NCBI GenBank assembly: GCA_035343915.1
Contig: DAOQZZ010000013.1
Location: 9,171 to 73,170 of the forward strand
Reading direction: 5' to 3'
From: Gordonia sp. (in: high G+C Gram-positive bacteria)
Lineage (GTDB): Bacteria; Actinomycetota; Actinomycetes; Mycobacteriales; Mycobacteriaceae
Length of the DNA stretch: 64,000 nt
Numbering within the stretch: position 1 is the first letter of the stretch; each line of letters begins with the position of its first letter. The position numbers and the translations under genes were made by a program. The notes under the pieces are model-generated. The model saw nothing but the letters and a program-made list of their open reading frames with translations, searched no databases and was not told where the DNA came from. Shown here piece by piece: positions 20,931 through 30,397 of the stretch.

Positions 20931-21018
20931 CGGGGCGATGACGGCGGACCGTCACCGCCCCGGCTGTCGTACGAACTGTGCTCCGCCGATTGGGCGGGGT
21001 CGCCCCCGCCCGTCGGCG
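20931..21018 (-). terminator. Two tandem GC-rich hairpins between icl and fadB2
   Basis: CGGGGCG-A-TGACGG-CGGA-CCGTCA-C-CGCCCCG (20931-20962) and CGCCGA-TT-GGGCGGGG-TCGC-CCCCGCCC-G-TCGGCG (20984-21018). Confidence 0.6.
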
Positions 21019-21031
21019 AACTCGGGTGTTC

Positions 21032-22324
21032 CTAGTGGAACTGGCCCTCTTCGGTCGAGCCCTTGAGCGCCGCGGTCGACGTGTTGGGGTCGACGGTGGT
21101 GGCGATCTTGTCGAAGTAGCCGGCACCGACCTCGCGCTGGTGCTTGGTGGCGGTGTAGCCGCGCTCCTCGGCAGCGAACTCGCGCTCCTGCAGGTCGACG
21201 TACGCCTTCATCTGCTCGCGGGCGTAGCCGTAAGCCAGGTCGAACATCGAGTAGTTGAGGGCGTGGAAGCCGGCCAGGGTGATGAACTGGAAGGTGAAGC
21301 CCATCGCGCCGAGCTCGTTCTGGAACTTGGCGATGGTGTCATCGTCCAGGTGCTGCTTCCAGTTGAACGACGGGCTGCAGTTGTAGGCCAGGAGCTGATC
21401 GGGGTGCTCCGCCTTGACGGCCTCGGCGAACTTCTTCGCGAGCTCCAGGTCGGGCTTGCCGGTCTCCATCCAGATCAGGTCCGCGTACGGGGCGTAGGCC
21501 TTGGCGCGGGCGATGCAGGGCTCGACGCCGTTCTTGATCCCGTAGAAGCCCTCGCTGGTGCGGGTGCCGTCCAGGAACGGGCGGTCGCGCTCGTCGACGT
21601 CGGAGGTCAGCAGCGTGGCGGCCTCAGCGTCGGTACGGGCGATGACGACCGTCGGGGTGTTGGCGACATCGGCGGCCAGGCGAGCAGAGGTCAGGGTGCG
21701 GATGTGCTGCTGGGTCGGGATGAGCACCTTGCCACCGAGGTGGCCACACTTCTTCTCCGAGGCGAGCTGATCCTCCCAGTGGGTACCGGCGGCACCCGCA
21801 GCGATCATGGCCTTCTGCAGCTCGTAGACGTTGAGCGCGCCACCGAAGCCGGCCTCACCGTCGGCGACGATCGGCACCAGCCAGTTGTCGACCGACTCGT
21901 CACCCTCGACACGCGAGATCTCGTCGGCGCGCAGGAGGGCGTTGTTGATGCGGCGCACGACGGCCGGGACCGAGTTGGCCGGGTAGAGCGACTGGTCGGG
22001 GTAGGTGTGGCCCGAGAGGTTCGCGTCACCGGCGACCTGCCAGCCCGACAGGTAGATGGCCTTGAGGCCCGCGCGGACCTGCTGCACGGCCATGTTGCCA
22101 GTGAGGGCGCCCAGCGCGTTGATGTAGGAGCCGTCGCCCTTGGTCACGCCGTCCCACAGGACCTCCGCGCCGCGGCGGGCCAGGGTGTGATCCTCGACGA
22201 CGTTGCCCTGGAGCTCGGCAACCTGCTCGGCGGTGTAGTCGCGGGTGATGCCCTTCCAGCGGGGGTTGGTGTCCCAGTCGTTCTGGATTTCCGCGGCGGT
22301 GCGGGGCTTTCCGACGTTGCTCAT
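21032..22324 (-). CDS. aceA: Isocitrate lyase
   Basis: KKCGHLGGK signature; [12 protein letters not shown] and [11 protein letters not shown] motifs. Confidence 0.98.
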   Translation of the reverse strand: MSNVGKPRTAAEIQNDWDTNPRWKGITRDYTAEQVAELQGNVVEDHTLARRGAEVLWDGVTKGDGSYINALGALTGNMAVQQVRAGLKAIYLSGWQVAGDANLSGHTYPDQSLYPANSVPAVVRRINNALLRADEISRVEGDESVDNWLVPIVADGEAGFGGALNVYELQKAMIAAGAAGTHWEDQLASEKKCGHLGGKVLIPTQQHIRTLTSARLAADVANTPTVVIARTDAEAATLLTSDVDERDRPFLDGTRTSEGFYGIKNGVEPCIARAKAYAPYADLIWMETGKPDLELAKKFAEAVKAEHPDQLLAYNCSPSFNWKQHLDDDTIAKFQNELGAMGFTFQFITLAGFHALNYSMFDLAYGYAREQMKAYVDLQEREFAAEERGYTATKHQREVGAGYFDKIATTVDPNTSTAALKGSTEEGQFH

Positions 22325-22476
22325 TAGTGCATTCGCTTTCTTTGACTTACGAAAAGGCCGTGACGATTGCGAAGAATCCGAGGCCTCTAGGCGGTGCCTG
22401 ATGTAAGCGTGCCACACGACAAACCTGCAGGTCCAATCGTTTCGGAATGCAAATTCAGGGCATCCTATGGCGCTAT

Positions 22477-22493
22477 TTTGCAAAGTTTGCAAA
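22477..22493. promoter_or_regulatory. Tandem TTTGCAAA boxes (RamB-type operator) upstream of icl
   Basis: TTTGCAAA-G-TTTGCAAA. The reverse strand reads CAAACTTTGCAAA, close to the corynebacterial RamB consensus A(A/G)AACTTTGCAAA. Confidence 0.8.
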
Positions 22494-22672
22494 TATAGAG
22501 GTGTGAATGTTCTGCCCGCTCGCGCCAAAAAGTACGCGCGTACTGGGATTTCGATGTCGGGCTCGTTCGACGACAAACGCCGTAGTTGCGCGCGTCATGC
22601 GGCGAAACCACGGCCGTGCACGGCCGCAGTGTGCGGGGAGTCACATGCTCCGACGACGGGGATGCGCCGGGA

Positions 22673-23452
22673 TCAGGTCTGTCCGGCCGCGGCCAGCGCC
22701 TTGCTGAACAACTCCAGGAATGCGGTGTCGCTCATCGGCTCGGACACCTCTGGGAACGGTTTGGTGAACGGCGTCGGATCCCCGGCGACGGTCACCGCGA
22801 CCGTGTACCGATTACGCTCGGACGGGCCCGGCGTGCGAGCCGCGGCGTACGCCGCGAAGGACACCGACCGCGATGTCGTGCCATCAGGCAAGGTCGTCGT
22901 CGTGTCTGTGCGTAGAGCGAGCATTTGGGAGATGTCGAGCCGGCCGAGTCGGCCCAGTCGCCCCGGCCGTGCGCCCACGAGCTGCGGTGGCGTCAGCTTG
23001 CGGTGTTCGGCGGTGATGACCGCCCCGGCGCGCGAACCCTCGGTGATCGTCGTGCGCGTGGTGGCACACCCGCCGGTGCGCTCGGCGATGTCGGCGTCGA
23101 TGTTGCGCGCCAACGCGACCACGAGATTGCTCAACGTCGCATCGGCGCTGCGAGCGGCGAGTACCGCCGCGTTGTCGGTGTCGAGGCGCTTGTTGAGATC
23201 GGCATCAGCGGTGGGCCGGCACTGCGCCGGTACGACGCCGGCCTTGGCGGCTACTGCCAACGCCTCGGCATTCGCATCGACCAGCTCACCGATTCCGGCA
23301 CTGACCGGGGAGAACCCGGACGGCAGCGACGACGGGGACAGCAACATCGTTCCCGGAGCGGGCGGCGCCAGGTCTACCGTGGAGGAGCAGCCCACCAGCC
23401 CGATGACGGCGGCCGTGGCCGCGATCGCCGTCGACGCTCTCGGAGAACCCAT
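22673..23452 (-). CDS. Putative lipoprotein (DUF5642-like)
   Basis: Lipobox LVGC after a hydrophobic signal peptide; lies between icl and ramB. Confidence 0.7.
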   Translation of the reverse strand: MGSPRASTAIAATAAVIGLVGCSSTVDLAPPAPGTMLLSPSSLPSGFSPVSAGIGELVDANAEALAVAAKAGVVPAQCRPTADADLNKRLDTDNAAVLAARSADATLSNLVVALARNIDADIAERTGGCATTRTTITEGSRAGAVITAEHRKLTPPQLVGARPGRLGRLGRLDISQMLALRTDTTTTLPDGTTSRSVSFAAYAAARTPGPSERNRYTVAVTVAGDPTPFTKPFPEVSEPMSDTAFLELFSKALAAAGQT

Positions 23453-23476
23453 GCGCGACACCGTACCCGGCACACC

Positions 23477-24946
23477 GTGACGACCGCCCGCGCGCACTCG
23501 AAAGCCGACGACGCCCGCCGGTCGGGTTCCCAGTACGTGGGTTCTCGGCTCAAGCAGTTGCGGGCCGAGCGCGGCATGTCACAGGTGCGCCTCGCCACCG
23601 ACCTGGGCATCTCGGCGTCCTACCTGAACCAGATCGAGCACGACACCCGTCCGCTCACGGCGGCGGTGCTGGGCCGCATTTCCGAGGTGTTCGGCGTGGA
23701 CGCCGGGTTCTTCGACCCGCAAGACGACATCCGGCTCGTCGCAGAGCTCCGTGAGGCACTCATCGAGGAGCGCGTCGGCGACGCGGAGTCCACCGGCACG
23801 CCCATGGACCCGCACGAGCTCGCCGACATCGTTGCCGCGCACCCGGCCATCGCCGAGGCGGTCGTCAACCTGCACCGGCGCTATCGCGTCGCCGCCGATC
23901 AACTCGCCGCGGTCACTGACGAGCGCGGCGACCGCAGCATGCGCGGTGCGATCAGCGCTCCCCACGAGGAGGTACGCGATTTCTTCTCCGCGCACCACAA
24001 TTACTTCAACGACCTCGACGTCGCGGCCGAGGAGATGGTGACGCGGATGCGCATGCATTCCGGAGACGTGCGCACCGAGATCGCGAATCGTCTGGAGACG
24101 GTGCACGGCGTACAAATCGTGCGACGCGTCGACCTTGGCGACGACGTACTGCACCGGTTCGACGCCCAGGCGGGCCGCCTCGAGATCTCCGCGGCACTCG
24201 GCCCCGGTCAACGGACCTTCAAGCTGGCCTTCGAATTGGCGTACCTGGCCTACGGCGACCTCATGCGCGAACTCGTCGATGACGCCGGCTTCACCTCTGA
24301 CGACGCGCGGTCCCTGGCGATGTCGGGCCTGGCCAACTACTTCGCGGCAGCGGCGGTGATGCCGTATGAGCAATTCCACGGCGCGGCCGAGGACTTCCGC
24401 TACGACATCGAGCGACTGTCGGCGTTCTATTCGGTCTCCTACGAGACGATCTGTCATCGCCTCTCGACGCTGCAGCGCCCCAATCTGCGCGGCATCCCGT
24501 GGTCGTTCGTGCGCGTCGACCGTGCCGGCAACATGTCCAAGCGGCAGTCCGCGACCGGTTTCCACTTCTCCGCCAGCGGCGGCACCTGCCCGCTGTGGAA
24601 CGTGTACGAGACGTTCGCATCGCCGGGCAAGATCCTCAGCCAGGTCGCGCAGATGCCCGACGGCCGCGAGTACTTCTGGGTCGCGCGCACGGTCGAGCGA
24701 CGGGCCGCCCGGTTCGGACAGCCGGGCAAGACGTTCGCCATCGGGCTGGGCTGTGAGCTGCGGCACGCCGGACGCGTCGTCTACTCCGACGGATTGGAGA
24801 TCGGCCCACAGGCCCGGGTCACCCCAATCGGATCGGGCTGTCGTGTTTGCGAGCGCATCCAGTGCCCGCAGCGCGCCTTCCCGCCGTTGGGGGTGCCGCT
24901 GCACATCGACGAGCACCGCAGCAGCATCTCCCCCTACGGCACGTAA
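23477..24946 (+). CDS. ramB: RamB/PrpR-family short-chain acyl-CoA regulator
   Basis: Xre HTH (LGISASYLNQIEHD), RLSTLQRP, GGTCPLW and CRVCERIQCPQRAFP motifs; lies next to icl. Confidence 0.92.
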   Translation: MTTARAHSKADDARRSGSQYVGSRLKQLRAERGMSQVRLATDLGISASYLNQIEHDTRPLTAAVLGRISEVFGVDAGFFDPQDDIRLVAELREALIEERVGDAESTGTPMDPHELADIVAAHPAIAEAVVNLHRRYRVAADQLAAVTDERGDRSMRGAISAPHEEVRDFFSAHHNYFNDLDVAAEEMVTRMRMHSGDVRTEIANRLETVHGVQIVRRVDLGDDVLHRFDAQAGRLEISAALGPGQRTFKLAFELAYLAYGDLMRELVDDAGFTSDDARSLAMSGLANYFAAAAVMPYEQFHGAAEDFRYDIERLSAFYSVSYETICHRLSTLQRPNLRGIPWSFVRVDRAGNMSKRQSATGFHFSASGGTCPLWNVYETFASPGKILSQVAQMPDGREYFWVARTVERRAARFGQPGKTFAIGLGCELRHAGRVVYSDGLEIGPQARVTPIGSGCRVCERIQCPQRAFPPLGVPLHIDEHRSSISPYGT

Positions 24947-24958
24947 CGGACTCCGCGG

Positions 24959-25897
24959 CTACCGCGCCGGGACGGGCGCACGCAATTCGCCGACGAGGAA
25001 CTTGGTCTGCGCAGCCACGGCGGGGGCGAGGAACGGTTCGACGTAGACGTCGAAGTGCCCGGCCTGCACCCGGTACAGATCGGCCTTGTCCCCCAGCTTC
25101 TTAGCGGCGGCCAGCGTCGGCGCGACCGGAGTGAGGTCGTCGAGTTCGCACGCGATGAACTGAATGCGACACGGAAGCCGGTCGAGGTAGGAGACGGCAC
25201 GGAAGACCGGCAGCCGTAGGAAGTCTCGCAACCCGATCCGGTTGTTCCAGGTCGGACCGGCCAGGTGCTGGAGCCGGGCCCAGATGTCGTCGGAGGGGTA
25301 GGCGGAGCCGGATCCCTCTGGCCCCATCGCGCGCACGTAGAACGGCTCGCGCTTGCGCAGCGCACGGACGCCGTCGCGCAGCACGCCGGAGACCAGCCAG
25401 GCTCCATGCAGGGGCGGAGTGTTGCGAACCAGGAACAGTGCCGTCGCCAGGTTGTCGAGGTTGGGGCACTGCGAGACGACCGCAGCGATCTCACCGTCGC
25501 GCGCCGCCGCGGCGACGACGATGCCACCGGCGTAGGACGTGCCCCACAGGGCGACGCGCTTCGGGTCGACGCCGTCGAGGGCGCGCGTCGCGGTGATCGC
25601 GCATTCGTAGTCGCGCAGCTGGGAGTCGACGTTCACCACGTCGCGCGGGGTGCCCTCGCTGTCACCGAAGCCCGAGTAGTCGAAGACGACTGCATGGATC
25701 CCCGCTTGCGCGAAGGCCTGCGCGTAGCTGTCGAGTCCGCAGTCGCGGGTGAATCCCAAACCGTGGGCGAGAATGACCGCAGGCGCACGACCGTCTGCAT
25801 CGGTCAGATCGGTCGACGACGGTGGGTAGTGCCACGCAGCGAGCACGTGCCCGTCACGGGCAATGGTGATGTCTTCGCGTTCGGTTACAGACTCCAT
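24959..25897 (-). CDS. Alpha/beta hydrolase
   Basis: AHGLG, FDYSGFGDS, GTSYAGG, DDLTP and GHFDVY motifs. Confidence 0.88.
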   Translation of the reverse strand: MESVTEREDITIARDGHVLAAWHYPPSSTDLTDADGRAPAVILAHGLGFTRDCGLDSYAQAFAQAGIHAVVFDYSGFGDSEGTPRDVVNVDSQLRDYECAITATRALDGVDPKRVALWGTSYAGGIVVAAAARDGEIAAVVSQCPNLDNLATALFLVRNTPPLHGAWLVSGVLRDGVRALRKREPFYVRAMGPEGSGSAYPSDDIWARLQHLAGPTWNNRIGLRDFLRLPVFRAVSYLDRLPCRIQFIACELDDLTPVAPTLAAAKKLGDKADLYRVQAGHFDVYVEPFLAPAVAAQTKFLVGELRAPVPAR

Positions 25898-25925
25898 TGC
25901 ACCAATGTATCCGAGATTCTCAGTA

Positions 25926-25937
25926 TCAGGTACCTGA
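25926..25937. promoter_or_regulatory. Palindrome TCAGGTACCTGA between the divergent hydrolase and lipase genes
   Basis: Perfect 12-bp palindrome 29 bp upstream of the hydrolase ATG. Confidence 0.45.
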
Positions 25938-25951
25938 ATACCAGGATACAG

Positions 25952-26056
25952 CGCCGACCGAGCCTGAATCCCCGCCGACTGAGCCCAATCCACCACCGAC
26001 CGAGCCCAATCCACCACCGACCGAGCCCAATCCACCGCCGACCGAGCCCGGTCACC
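25952..26056 (+). repeat. Tandem array of 5 x 21-bp units (C(G/A)CCGAC(C/T)GAGCC core)
   Basis: Units start at 25952, 25973, 25994, 26015 and 26036. Confidence 0.93.
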
Positions 26057-26124
26057 CAACCACACGGCCCCGCGCACCCTAGGCTGTGGGGACCAATCCA
26101 GCGCTTTGCACACCAGGGGGTGAC

Positions 26125-27588
26125 ATGGTCGGAGCCGTTCGTGCCTTCGTCGCGGCCGCTGTCGCCACGACGGTGTCCGCGATCCTCGTCGCACCGTCCA
26201 CAGCGAGTGCCGAACCCTTCAACGTCGCGCCCGCTCCGCCCGCAGTTCGCGACTTCATGAACCGGCTCGCGCCGCCGCCACCGGTGCCGCACCGCAAGCA
26301 TCCCGACCCGCGTACCGCGGGAACAAACGAAGACTCCAAGGTGCGCGACGTGTGGGCGGCCCTGCTGCCGTCTCCGACGGGCGATCCGTTCTTCGACCAC
26401 TGGCCGTCGAATCTCTCGAAGCTGCCCCCCGGAACGGTGATCGCCGCGCGCAGCGTCACGCCCACCGTCGGCGCCGTCTTGGGCCAGCCGGTCCGGCGCG
26501 CAGTGCAAGTGAAGTTCGCCACCACCGACTCGCGCGGCGAGCCGTCGTTCGGCACCGCCACCGTCCTGTATCCGACGGTCCACCACGCCGGTCGCGGGCC
26601 CACCCCCGTCCTCATCAACAACCTGGCGATCGACTCGCTCGGGGCCAGTTGCACGCCGGGGTACGCGATGTCGCATCCGCGCACCCTCGGCACCAACGAT
26701 CCCGACCGCCTGCCCCCGACGACCCAATGGGCCCTGGATCGCGGTTTCATCGTCGTGGTCCCCGACCACCAGGGCGCGCGAATGGCCTACGCCGATCCGA
26801 TCGTCGCCGGCCGTGTCGTCCTCGACTCCATCCGCGCGATCGACAACCACGACGCCGCGCTAGCGACGCCCCGGCCTCCTGGAACCCTGCCCTTGACGAC
26901 CAGACCGCTGGGGATCTCCAAGTCCCCAATGGTGATGTCGGGCTTCTCCGGCGGGGCGATTGCGGCCCACGGCGCGGTCAAGCAACTCGACGACTATGCA
27001 CCCGAGCTCAAGGGGCGCATCCGCGCCACCGCCCTGGGCGGGCTACCCGCCGACTTCTCCTTGCTACCCGCCTCGATGAACGCGACCTGGGCCACCGGCG
27101 TGCTCCACGTCGCGACGCTCGGCCTCATCCGTGAGCGGCCCTATCTGCTCGCCGACGCGAACAACCTCGCCCAGTGGATCGCGACGTCGCCGATCAAGGA
27201 CACGTGCACCGCGCCGGCCGGGCTGGCGGGGGTGACGCTGTGGCCGATGCAGCTGTTCTCGCGCAGCGGCGACCCGTTCCACACCCCGCTGGCCAAGGAA
27301 TTGTTCCGCGTCACGGCGATGCGCGGACTCGCTTCGGCCACGCCGCTGTACGTCTACCACGGCACTTTCGAATGGTGGGTGCCCGCCGCGGGGACGCGCG
27401 AGTTCGTCGCCGAACAATGCCGGCTGGGCGTCTCCGTCGACTACCACGAATACCCCGCCGAACACTTCGGCAGCGCCTTCATGGGGTTCCCCGATGCGTT
27501 GAGCTGGCTCGACGAGCAAGCGGGCGGTCCACACGTGGCCCCGTTACCTATCCCGCGCACGTCCGGCGGCTGCCCGAGGAAGCCGTAG
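26125..27588 (+). CDS. Secreted lipase (LIP family)
   Basis: Signal peptide (ASA), VVPDHQG, GFSGGA nucleophile, HGTFEWWVP and EH motifs. Confidence 0.85.
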   Translation: MVGAVRAFVAAAVATTVSAILVAPSTASAEPFNVAPAPPAVRDFMNRLAPPPPVPHRKHPDPRTAGTNEDSKVRDVWAALLPSPTGDPFFDHWPSNLSKLPPGTVIAARSVTPTVGAVLGQPVRRAVQVKFATTDSRGEPSFGTATVLYPTVHHAGRGPTPVLINNLAIDSLGASCTPGYAMSHPRTLGTNDPDRLPPTTQWALDRGFIVVVPDHQGARMAYADPIVAGRVVLDSIRAIDNHDAALATPRPPGTLPLTTRPLGISKSPMVMSGFSGGAIAAHGAVKQLDDYAPELKGRIRATALGGLPADFSLLPASMNATWATGVLHVATLGLIRERPYLLADANNLAQWIATSPIKDTCTAPAGLAGVTLWPMQLFSRSGDPFHTPLAKELFRVTAMRGLASATPLYVYHGTFEWWVPAAGTREFVAEQCRLGVSVDYHEYPAEHFGSAFMGFPDALSWLDEQAGGPHVAPLPIPRTSGGCPRKP

Positions 27589-27656
27589 TCCCCACGATTT
27601 CGTCTACCCCCCGTCGATCGATGCTGGTTTGCCGAAACGGTAGGGATCGGGGACGC

Positions 27657-28037
27657 TCAGACCGCGACGACGTCGATGAAGTCAGCCAGGCCGACGAAGT
27701 CGGAGGGATTGCGCGTGTAAAGGCGCGCGCCGTGGGCGTACGCCGTTGCTGCGATCAGCAGGTCCATCGACCGCGCCCGCGGGTTGCGGCCCTCGAGGAC
27801 GACGGCCGAAGCCAGCCGACCGTAGCCGTCGGCCACATCATCGTCGACGGGGAGTGCGTCGAACTCCCGCTCGATCTGCACCAACCGCCGCAGACGCTCG
27901 GCACGAATGTCGGGCGTCTTGGCGACGAGCACGCCGACGTGCAGTTCGGCCAGGGTGATCGCGCTCAACGCCAGCTCACCCGGAATCGGTTCAACACCCG
28001 AAGCGAGGACAGCACTCGTGTCAAGGATTCCCCTCAT
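27657..28037 (-). CDS. vapC: PIN-domain toxin
   Basis: ILDTS, AEL, DLLIAATA and LYTRNPSDF acidic PIN motifs; overlaps the antitoxin stop by 4 bp. Confidence 0.92.
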   Translation of the reverse strand: MRGILDTSAVLASGVEPIPGELALSAITLAELHVGVLVAKTPDIRAERLRRLVQIEREFDALPVDDDVADGYGRLASAVVLEGRNPRARSMDLLIAATAYAHGARLYTRNPSDFVGLADFIDVVAV

Positions 28038-28282
28038 CGCCGATCCCACGGATCGCGCAGTTCGTGGGCGACCAGGTCGCGGTCGGCCTCCCACGCCGGA
28101 TCCCCCGGACCGGAGAAGAGCTTCTCGACGTCGGCCCACCGGCGCCAGGTCTTCGTCGCCGCGGAGACCAGCCGCGCGCTGGCGCGCCCGGACACCGTAA
28201 TGGTGATCTCTTCGCCGTCCTCCACGCGACGGATGAGATCAGAGGCGTTCTGCCGCAGTTCACGCAGCCCGACGGCTTCCAT
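28034..28282 (-). CDS. vapB: Phd/YefM-family antitoxin
   Basis: VGLRELRQNASDLIRRVEDGEEITITVSGR. Confidence 0.92.
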   Translation of the reverse strand: MEAVGLRELRQNASDLIRRVEDGEEITITVSGRASARLVSAATKTWRRWADVEKLFSGPGDPAWEADRDLVAHELRDPWDRR

Positions 28283-28288
28283 GCTTCA

Positions 28289-28306
28289 AATGTAGCACTT
28301 GTGCTA
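28289..28306 (-). promoter_or_regulatory. vapBC promoter: TACATT -10 element and TAGCAC-NN-GTGCTA operator; probably leaderless
   Basis: The minus strand reads TAGCACAAGTGCTACATTTGAAGC-ATG. Confidence 0.7.
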
Positions 28307-28347
28307 TCAGTCCCGCCGGTGCGGAAACCTCGCTACGGTTGGTCGCC

Positions 28348-28878
28348 ATGACCACTCCTCGCATCGAGCCCGGCGGCCTGCGTGAACTCGGCCCGATCAA
28401 TTGGGCTGTCACCCGCGTCCTCTCCACCGCCCAGGGTGTCCCCGACGCACACGTCTTCTCCACACTCGGCCGGTCCAAGGGACTCTTCCGCGGTTGGTTG
28501 TACTACTCGGCGCGGATGATGCCGTTCGGGAAACTGTCGCGCAAAGACACCGAGATGATCATCATCCGCGTGGCACATCTGCGCTCCTGCGACTACGAGA
28601 TGGACCACCACCGCAAACTCGGTAAGCGCGCCGGGCTCGACAACGCGGCGATCGGCCGGATCATCGAGGGCCCCGACGCTGGATGGGGCGATCGGGAGCG
28701 ATCGCTGCTGCTGGCCGTCGACGAGATTGTCGGGTCGCACGACGTCACCGACGAGACGTGGGCCGGACTGACCCGCCACCTCGACGAGCCCGAGCAGATC
28801 TCGTTCGTCCAACTCGTCGCCAACTACGACGCGTTGGCCACCACGCTGGGCGTCCTGCGCGTCCAGCGCGACGTGTAA
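28348..28878 (+). CDS. Carboxymuconolactone decarboxylase/AhpD-like protein
   Basis: LSRKDTEMIIIRVAHLRSCDYEMDHH and VDEIV..HDVTDETWAGL motifs. Confidence 0.85.
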   Translation: MTTPRIEPGGLRELGPINWAVTRVLSTAQGVPDAHVFSTLGRSKGLFRGWLYYSARMMPFGKLSRKDTEMIIIRVAHLRSCDYEMDHHRKLGKRAGLDNAAIGRIIEGPDAGWGDRERSLLLAVDEIVGSHDVTDETWAGLTRHLDEPEQISFVQLVANYDALATTLGVLRVQRDV

Positions 28879-28890
28879 GGAGGCCTCAGC

Positions 28891-29532
28891 GTGCCGAGCC
28901 TCGCGCAACACCTCATGGCCAATCCGGTGGTGTCGGCGGTCTACGAGGGCCTGTGGCGCCCGACGTTCACGCGGATCTTCAGCCTAGGCGGTCCGGGCAC
29001 CGCGGAGTACGACAAGGCTTTCACCGCCTATCTCGCTCGCACCGGCGAGCGCCAGATCCTCGACGTCGCGTGCGGTCCCGGGCTCTACACCCGGCGTCTC
29101 GCGCAGCACCTGACCGGCGATGGCCGTGCCATCGGCCTCGACTTCTCCCCGGCGATGCTCGCCCGAGCCGTCCATAAGCCCCACGACCGGACGACCTTCA
29201 TCCGCGGCGACGCCCACCATCTACCGTTCCCCGACGACACCTTCGACACGGTGGCATGCTTCGCCGCGCTCTACCTGATCCCGGATCCACTCCCGGTCAT
29301 CGACGAACTGGTGCGCGTCACACGTCCCGGCGGGGAAATCGCGATCTTCACCTCGGTGCAGACGGCCGTCTCACGAATCCCCGGTGTCCAGCTCGTTGGC
29401 CGGATGACCGGCTACCACTTCTTCGGCGACGACGAGATCACCGAGCGGCTGCGCCAGGCCGGGGTGTCGCGCATCGAACAGACCATCGTCGACCAAGGGC
29501 AATTCGTCCTTGCCCACAAGGACCATAGTTAG
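28891..29532 (+). CDS. Class I SAM-dependent methyltransferase
   Basis: ILDVACGPG, LDFSPAML, RGDAHHLPF and ELVRVTRPGG motifs. Confidence 0.9.
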   Translation: MPSLAQHLMANPVVSAVYEGLWRPTFTRIFSLGGPGTAEYDKAFTAYLARTGERQILDVACGPGLYTRRLAQHLTGDGRAIGLDFSPAMLARAVHKPHDRTTFIRGDAHHLPFPDDTFDTVACFAALYLIPDPLPVIDELVRVTRPGGEIAIFTSVQTAVSRIPGVQLVGRMTGYHFFGDDEITERLRQAGVSRIEQTIVDQGQFVLAHKDHS

Positions 29533-29586
29533 GCCAGGCTAGCCAGATCCGCTTCGTCTAATTTACGGTAGTCACATCCTCCAACG

Positions 29587-30393
29587 ATGAAGGAGCCCAC
29601 CGTGGCCACCACCGATCTGCCATATGCGAACCGTCCCGAAGAAGACATGCCGGGCCATTGGCTCCTCGCCAAGCTGGGCAAGCGGGTCCTGCGCCCGGGT
29701 GGGCGCGAGCTCACCGAGCAGCTTCTCACCGACGCCGACCTGACCGGCGCCGACGTCCTCGAGATCGCCCCGGGCCTCGGCCGCACCGCCGTCGAGATCC
29801 TCGCCCTGGACCCGCGCAGCTACCGCGGCGTCGAGTCCGACGAGGCCGCGGCCACCATGGCCGAGGGCGTCGTCGGCGACCGCGGCACCATCACCGTCGG
29901 GCAAGCCCAAGACACCGGCCTCGCCGCGGACAGCGTCGACGTCGCCATCGGCGAAGCCATGCTGACGATGCAGTCAGACAAGGTGAAGGGCCAGATCGTC
30001 AACGAGGCCAACCGCGTCCTGCGACCCGGCGGCCGGTACGCGATCCACGAGCTGGCCCTGCACCCGGACACCCTGACCGACGAGCAGAAGACCGAGATCC
30101 GCAAGTCGCTGGCCCGCTCCATCAAGGTGAATGCGCGCCCCCTGACCGAGAAGGAGTGGCGGGCCCTCCTCACCGACGCCGGGTTCACCGTCGAAACCGT
30201 TCGCTTCGCGCCGATGGCGCTGCTACAGCCGCGTCGGATCATCGCCGACGAGGGCATCGGCGGCGCCCTGCGCTTCGCCGGAAACGTCATCCGCAACCGC
30301 GACGCCAGGCAGCGAGTCCTCGGCATGCGCAAGACCTTTCGCAAGTATCGCGACAACCTGGCGGCGATCGAAATCGTCGCCGTGCGCAACTGA
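29587..30393 (+). CDS. Class I SAM-dependent methyltransferase
   Basis: GHWLLAKLGKRVLRPGG, VLEIAPGLG, GEAMLTMQ and RVLRPGGRYAIHEL motifs. Confidence 0.88.
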   Translation: MKEPTVATTDLPYANRPEEDMPGHWLLAKLGKRVLRPGGRELTEQLLTDADLTGADVLEIAPGLGRTAVEILALDPRSYRGVESDEAAATMAEGVVGDRGTITVGQAQDTGLAADSVDVAIGEAMLTMQSDKVKGQIVNEANRVLRPGGRYAIHELALHPDTLTDEQKTEIRKSLARSIKVNARPLTEKEWRALLTDAGFTVETVRFAPMALLQPRRIIADEGIGGALRFAGNVIRNRDARQRVLGMRKTFRKYRDNLAAIEIVAVRN

Positions 30394-30397
30394 TCCG

